IMG/VR virus record: IMGVR_UViG_3300044233_000092
Span: 1 to 30,953 of that record
DNA from: a virus
Lineage: Duplodnaviria; Caudoviricetes
Length of the DNA: 30,953 nt
Direction: 5' to 3' (one strand)
Shown here: one piece after another, positions 26,781 to 30,953 of the stretch
Position numbering within the stretch: position 1 is the stretch's first letter
How the letters are laid out: every line of letters starts with the position of its first letter
The notes under the pieces: generated by a model
What the model was told of the DNA's origin: nothing
What the model saw: the letters and a program-made list of their open reading frames with translations, nothing else
The model's database searches: none
Translations under genes and position numbers: made by a program

Positions 26781-27654
26781 TATCCACATTATGCATTTCA
26801 TAGTCGAACTCTTGTTCAGTATAAAACCCTACTCTTTCCATAAAGTGATTAAGGGTAAAGTTTTTTCTTTCTTTGTACGAAAAGTCATCAGCGATATCAT
26901 ACAAAGTCGCCCTAGACTTACTATCACCAAGACGCAACCCACGACCAAGAGACTGTAAAACTCGTATTTTAGATTTGGTAGGGCTTGCGAATATAACATT
27001 GTGTAGATTCCTAATATTGATACCAGTAGAAAAAGTTCCGTAACTCGCAACGATAATGGCATTGTTTTCATTTTCTGTAATACTCCTTATTGTTTCTCTA
27101 TCTTTAGTATCTGTGCCACCATAAACAAAAAATAATTTTCTTGTATGTGGGTCTAAAGTATCACCAATCATATCATACAGTATTTTACCATGTTTGTCAA
27201 CATATTGAAATAAAACTAAAGTATTCCCTGTCTGGTCTTTGGTAAGATTTTTGATAAAGTTGTTTCTTCTTTGATGTGATACTATATATTCCATTTCTTC
27301 TTGGTACTTTAAATTCTTTACTTGTATGCAATCTTCTTTAGGATATTTGAGTACCACACATTGTATTTTTAAATCTGCTAATTGTTTCTTATCTATTAAA
27401 TCTCTTGTGGTTGTAACATTTGTAACAGGACCAAATAAACCTTCTAATACTAATTTATGGACTTTACTATCATCTAAAGTACCAGTCGTGCCTATTCTAA
27501 AGTTTGCATTGACTAGACTACCCATAATCTTTTGTAGTTCTTTTGATTTGTATAGATGTGCCTCATCACCAATTACACAATCAAACTGTTCAAAGTATTT
27601 TATCAAATGTGGCAAGAGATTGCCATGTAGATACAACAACAGGTTTCTTTTCAT
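26776..27654 (-). CDS. uvsW: UvsW helicase, C-terminal part (UvsW-like sequence starts near 27597, after the frameshift)
   Basis: GDEAH, GTTGT, SYGTFSTGINI, QSLGRGLR. Confidence 0.9.
   Translation of the reverse strand: MKRNLLLYLHGNLLPHLIKYFEQFDCVIGDEAHLYKSKELQKIMGSLVNANFRIGTTGTLDDSKVHKLVLEGLFGPVTNVTTTRDLIDKKQLADLKIQCVVLKYPKEDCIQVKNLKYQEEMEYIVSHQRRNNFIKNLTKDQTGNTLVLFQYVDKHGKILYDMIGDTLDPHTRKLFFVYGGTDTKDRETIRSITENENNAIIVASYGTFSTGINIRNLHNVIFASPTKSKIRVLQSLGRGLRLGDSKSRATLYDIADDFSYKERKNFTLNHFMERVGFYTEQEFDYEMHNVDI
26829..27071 (-). CDS. Candidate nested +1-frame membrane protein, holin-like (80 aa)
   Basis: TAAGGAG upstream, MKTM dual start, two hydrophobic segments, basic C-terminus; could be a frame shadow. 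Confidence 0.4.
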   Translation of the reverse strand: MKTMPLSLRVTELFLLVSILGIYTMLYSQALPNLKYEFYSLLVVGCVLVIVSLGRLCMISLMTFRTKKEKTLPLITLWKE

Positions 27655-28240
27655 CTATCTCATAACCATAATACTTTCTTTGTACATAGTCTTCCGCTTT
27701 CCAAGAATAGTCTTCAAAGTCTTTGTACATTTGTTCTACCAATGATGTAGTTGGCACTACTAATAAACTTCTTTTACCAAGTGTTGTCATCATTCGTATG
27801 ATACAATAAATGATTAAAGACTTACCAGAAGCGGTAGGCGATAACAAAATACAGCGTCTATGATTAATCGCATGTGCAAAAGCGTCCAGTTGGTAATCTC
27901 TAATTTTTAGGGATTTCGTCAAAATTTTGTCAACAAACTTGGAAAAATCGTCTCTAGGAACGCTACCAGTCCTGTTTAAGCCATCGGGCAGTATGATTGT
28001 ATGGCCGTTTTTTTCACAAAAATGCTGTACATACGGCACTAGACCGCGATACAGTTTACCAGTCGCTTTACTGTATAATCGTATCTTACCGTCCCATCTT
28101 TTGGCACGAACAGATGGCATGAAACTTGCACCTGGTACTTGAAATGTAAAAAAGTCTGATAAGTCTTGGACTAATCCAAGGTCTTCACTTTTACATTTGA
28201 CATATGCTTGATTAAAGATTTCTATTTGTAATTCTGCCAT
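27590..28240 (-). CDS. uvsW: UvsW helicase, N-terminal part (premature stop from the frameshift)
   Basis: WDGKIRL, RDYQ, SPTASGKS, VPTTSLVEQM, STWQS. Confidence 0.9.
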   Translation of the reverse strand: MAELQIEIFNQAYVKCKSEDLGLVQDLSDFFTFQVPGASFMPSVRAKRWDGKIRLYSKATGKLYRGLVPYVQHFCEKNGHTIILPDGLNRTGSVPRDDFSKFVDKILTKSLKIRDYQLDAFAHAINHRRCILLSPTASGKSLIIYCIIRMMTTLGKRSLLVVPTTSLVEQMYKDFEDYSWKAEDYVQRKYYGYEIDEKKPVVVSTWQSLATFDKIL

Positions 28241-29030
28241 CTAATTCTTCATATGATATATTTGTCCAATTATCTCTTTCATCTAATTCTTCTATATTAT
28301 CACCAACATGTATAAACTCGTGGTCTTCGTATTTGTTTAGTAATCGTTTCGTATGAGATATCCAGTTTACTGGATTTACTTTGTTTGCATTAGTACCAAC
28401 ATAACCTTTTGTACCTTTATATACATTGTTTACTGTATCTGTTTTTGAATAGTAGTCATAACCTATCAGATATATTTTTTTCTCTTTATCTGCTGCCATC
28501 ATGGCAATCAATATACCTGCATTTGTTTTTTCTTGTTTATATTTACCTAGACCCATTACTTTGTCTTTCTTCTTCGTCCAGGTTATAAGATATCCTTCTT
28601 GGTCTTCACTTAGGTAGAGTTTGAAATCGTCTTCATTCTTGTCTGTGCTTTCTTCTCTCATCTTTCTCATCAAGTCTCTATTGTTTGCCCAACATACAAA
28701 ATATCTTTTCTTCTCACCACGCCATGCCCATTCGTCTGTATAGTCGTTAATGTCTATGTCTTGTCCTATAAACTTTGCAACTGTTTCAGGTTCAAATAGT
28801 TTAGGATATAATGTGTGTGGATTCTTTTCCCATGTTTTCAGATATACAGGATTCTCAAATGCATATCCACTACGATATATTTCGTGGCATATATTATAGT
28901 CCATTGCCAATAATACATCAGGTGTAAAGTCTCTATAAAGACCATTACAACCATATATCTTTCCGTGTTCTCTTAATCTATGTAGGTCAAAGTCTTTTCT
29001 ACTTTCACCATTACCAATACAAAATATCAT
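28212..29030 (-). CDS. 'GNGESR' family protein (DUF115/Maf/sialyltransferase-like fold), paralog 2
   Basis: IGNGESR, YGCNGLYRD, IYLIGYDY, NNVYK. Confidence 0.7.
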   Translation of the reverse strand: MIFCIGNGESRKDFDLHRLREHGKIYGCNGLYRDFTPDVLLAMDYNICHEIYRSGYAFENPVYLKTWEKNPHTLYPKLFEPETVAKFIGQDIDINDYTDEWAWRGEKKRYFVCWANNRDLMRKMREESTDKNEDDFKLYLSEDQEGYLITWTKKKDKVMGLGKYKQEKTNAGILIAMMAADKEKKIYLIGYDYYSKTDTVNNVYKGTKGYVGTNANKVNPVNWISHTKRLLNKYEDHEFIHVGDNIEELDERDNWTNISYEELDGRITNRNL

Positions 29031-29590
29031 GCCAATCTCACATTCTCATAATTGTTTAATACATTATCCCAGTTACCATACTGTACAAATTTCATCTGTG
29101 GATATAATTCAAAAGTTTCTACAAACTGTTTACTTGGAAATACTTTAGGATTATTTTTAAGTGGATAATTATTACTACTTTTATATATGTTATTATGTTT
29201 ACCCGTTTTATCATAATCAAATCCAATCATATGTACCTCTACACCACCTGGATATTTCCATTCATCATTCAAATACTTACACGCATTTATTGTTGCCAAT
29301 CGTAATGCTGCCGTGCCACAATCAGGCCAGTCTTGGTCCCAATAACATATTCTATTATATGCGTCTCTACTTTCACTATCGTTTCGCCAACGATGTTGAA
29401 ATAATACTCTACGATCTTTCCAACAACCTGCAAAAGTAACTTCATTCGATATACCTTTGTCTTTACAAAACAAATAGTCTGTCCAATAATCTCTATAAAT
29501 GGCATTGCACCCATACTTAACACCTTTAAGATTGTCTATGTTAATAGACCTTCTACTTTCACCGTTACCAATAACCCAATGTATTAACAC
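29027..29590 (-). CDS. 'GNGESR' family protein, paralog 1 (GTG start overlapping the uvsY stop)
   Basis: IGNGESR, YGCNAIYRD, VHMIGFDY, NNIYK. Confidence 0.7.
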   Translation of the reverse strand: MLIHWVIGNGESRRSINIDNLKGVKYGCNAIYRDYWTDYLFCKDKGISNEVTFAGCWKDRRVLFQHRWRNDSESRDAYNRICYWDQDWPDCGTAALRLATINACKYLNDEWKYPGGVEVHMIGFDYDKTGKHNNIYKSSNNYPLKNNPKVFPSKQFVETFELYPQMKFVQYGNWDNVLNNYENVRLA

Positions 29591-30018
29591 TAGATACTGC
29601 CTTCAGTAAACTTTTTCCATTCTATCGCATTTTTAATTTGAAAGGTGCGATTGTTAATTTGTTTAAGTGTATCTTCACAGAATTTACATATCTGTTTTAG
29701 ATATTCAATCTTTTGTCTTTGTTTAATAATACTATCATCAGCGTCTAAAAATTTATCCACATCTTGTCGTAATACTTTTAAATCAAAGTTTTCATTCTGG
29801 TATTCTTCTGGGTCTGCTTTGCCAGTGTAGAACAACCATCTCTTAATGTGTAGTTTAGAATAGTCGCCTTCTTCTTTCTTCAACATCAAAGCATATGTTG
29901 AATATATCTTTAAGTATTTTGAGTGTAGTGTAGGTGTAGATAAACTCTCTATATCAAGTTGAGTATCATCTATTGCCAGGTCTTTAGACGCCTGGTCTTG
30001 TAATTCTTCTAATGTCAT
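29590..30018 (-). CDS. uvsY: Recombination mediator UvsY
   Basis: DLAIDDTQLD...LHSKY...YTGKA...RTFQIKNAIEWKKF. Confidence 0.93.
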   Translation of the reverse strand: MTLEELQDQASKDLAIDDTQLDIESLSTPTLHSKYLKIYSTYALMLKKEEGDYSKLHIKRWLFYTGKADPEEYQNENFDLKVLRQDVDKFLDADDSIIKQRQKIEYLKQICKFCEDTLKQINNRTFQIKNAIEWKKFTEGSI

Positions 30019-30030
30019 AGTATCTCATAA

Positions 30031-30621
30031 TTATAATGTTGTATATGTATGTATCTTATATCCAAAGGTACAACTTGCCGTTAGATATTCCACATCCGTT
30101 AAGTTTTGATTATACTCTAAAGCACTTAATGATTTAGGGTATATGTCTTGGTAATTTATTTCCATCACATTGATGTTTCTACTTGTCATTACCGTTAGTT
30201 TTGCGTCAGCAAATATAGCGCCATCATTTGTTGCACGGGTAGGTCTACCTGCGTCAGTTGATCTAGTTTGTGTTGACAATGGCATTCTATCACCACCATC
30301 AGCAATTAATGCCCTATACTTTTCATCACTATCTACCTGTGCCAACCCTGCCATCCAATCATGTATTTGTTTGTATGTCTCTAGGTTTTCATCTACTGTA
30401 AATGTAATTGTTAGATCATCAAAAGTTAAATCATTACCAGGTATTTTAAGTTGTTGTAATCTTGTAGGTTGTATCAATTCAGTTAGAGTAATACCAGGTA
30501 TATTTGCCTGTACTGTATTAAACTCAACCTTTGGTATCTTAACACATTGAAACCTAAACTTGGTAGGATCTGCAAAATCCAGATTTGATGGTTGTTTACT
30601 TGCTAAACTTGCTTCCGTCAT
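30031..30621 (-). CDS. 3: Tail completion / tube terminator protein (gp3)
   Basis: PTKFRF...ANIPGI...FDDLTITFTVDENLETY..IHDWM; gp23-gp3-uvsY-uvsW synteny. Confidence 0.88.
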   Translation of the reverse strand: MTEASLASKQPSNLDFADPTKFRFQCVKIPKVEFNTVQANIPGITLTELIQPTRLQQLKIPGNDLTFDDLTITFTVDENLETYKQIHDWMAGLAQVDSDEKYRALIADGGDRMPLSTQTRSTDAGRPTRATNDGAIFADAKLTVMTSRNINVMEINYQDIYPKSLSALEYNQNLTDVEYLTASCTFGYKIHTYTTL

Positions 30622-30626
30622 ATTAG

Positions 30627-30634
30627 TATTTATA
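30627..30634 (-). promoter_or_regulatory. Late promoter TATAAATA for gp3
   Basis: Exact consensus, 5 nt before the ATG. Confidence 0.8.
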
Positions 30635-30636
30635 AT

Positions 30637-30664
30637 AAAAAAAGGGGGCGATATTGCCCCCCTT
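30637..30664 (-). terminator. Rho-independent terminator after gp23
   Basis: GGGGGC-AATATC-GCCCCC followed by T7. Confidence 0.9.
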
Positions 30665-30686
30665 AATCTCTATATTACAGATAAAA

Positions 30687-30953
30687 TTACATTAAGTTTG
30701 TAACTTTTACCATTCTGTAATAGATGTTTGCTTGGTCAGTACCAGTGTCTGATGCTTGTGCTGAACTTTCAGCAAATGGGTTTCTAATTAGACCATATCT
30801 AGTTTTAAAACCAATTTTTGGTTGGAATGTATCTTCACCAACTGCTCTCACCATTTGTAGTGGAACATATGGGCAATAGAACATACCAGCATCATACGGG
30901 CTAGTTCCTTTGTAACCCACTGTGAAGTATTGAGCCGCAGTATTATTTGACGT
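30687..30953 (-). CDS. 23: Major capsid protein gp23, C-terminal fragment
   Basis: GYKGTSPYDAGMFYCPYVPLQMVRAVGEDTFQPKIGFKTRYG...YYRMVKVTNLM. Confidence 0.97.
   Translation of the reverse strand, partial: TSNNTAAQYFTVGYKGTSPYDAGMFYCPYVPLQMVRAVGEDTFQPKIGFKTRYGLIRNPFAESSAQASDTGTDQANIYYRMVKVTNLM

Noticed and set aside
27598-27654. Independent start MKRNLL for the C-terminal UvsW half
   Set aside because: The first ~19 residues are out-of-frame sequence; homology to UvsW continues across the frameshift.
27927-28142. Antisense ORF as the explanation for the codon anomaly
   Set aside because: Its wobble positions align with those of uvsW, so it imposes little constraint; TTG start without an SD.
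1-30953. CRISPR array, tRNA, intron/intein, homing endonuclease, stop-codon reassignment
   Set aside because: No spaced repeats or cloverleafs seen; core genes have normal lengths and read through with the standard code apart from the single uvsW frameshift.

Overview
AT-rich segment of a T4-like myovirus genome, most likely a marine phage of an alphaproteobacterium (gene set and order resemble the HTVC008M/cyanophage type; the host is an inference). Essentially all genes are on the minus strand. In transcription order (right to left): end of major capsid gp23, gp3, uvsY, two paralogous 'GNGESR' proteins, uvsW (split by a frameshift), a hypothetical, gp55 late sigma, gp47, a 2OG-Fe(II) oxygenase, gp46, two GT-A/TAGT-like glycosyltransferases, a VWA/HExxH protein plus MoxR/CobS AAA+ pair, a small membrane protein, ribosomal protein bS21, an HTH protein, Hsp20, DUF3310, gp45-44-62-regA, gp43, a DUF4338-like protein, uvsX, gp41, and a translationally coupled late operon of putative head-packaged proteins (nuclease-like, ligase-like, HIGH nucleotidyltransferase). 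Non-obvious signals: near-total absence of AGCT and ACGT and depletion of GCATC and GANTC; several promoters that place the start site on the ATG (leaderless mRNAs); a structured ~100-nt RNA with an H-type pseudoknot and a ROSE-like hairpin upstream of hsp20; a duplicated early-promoter cassette; a consensus antisense promoter; and an SD-led, dual-start, holin-like ORF nested in uvsW. Family names come from motif recognition and all counts were made by hand; no searches were run.
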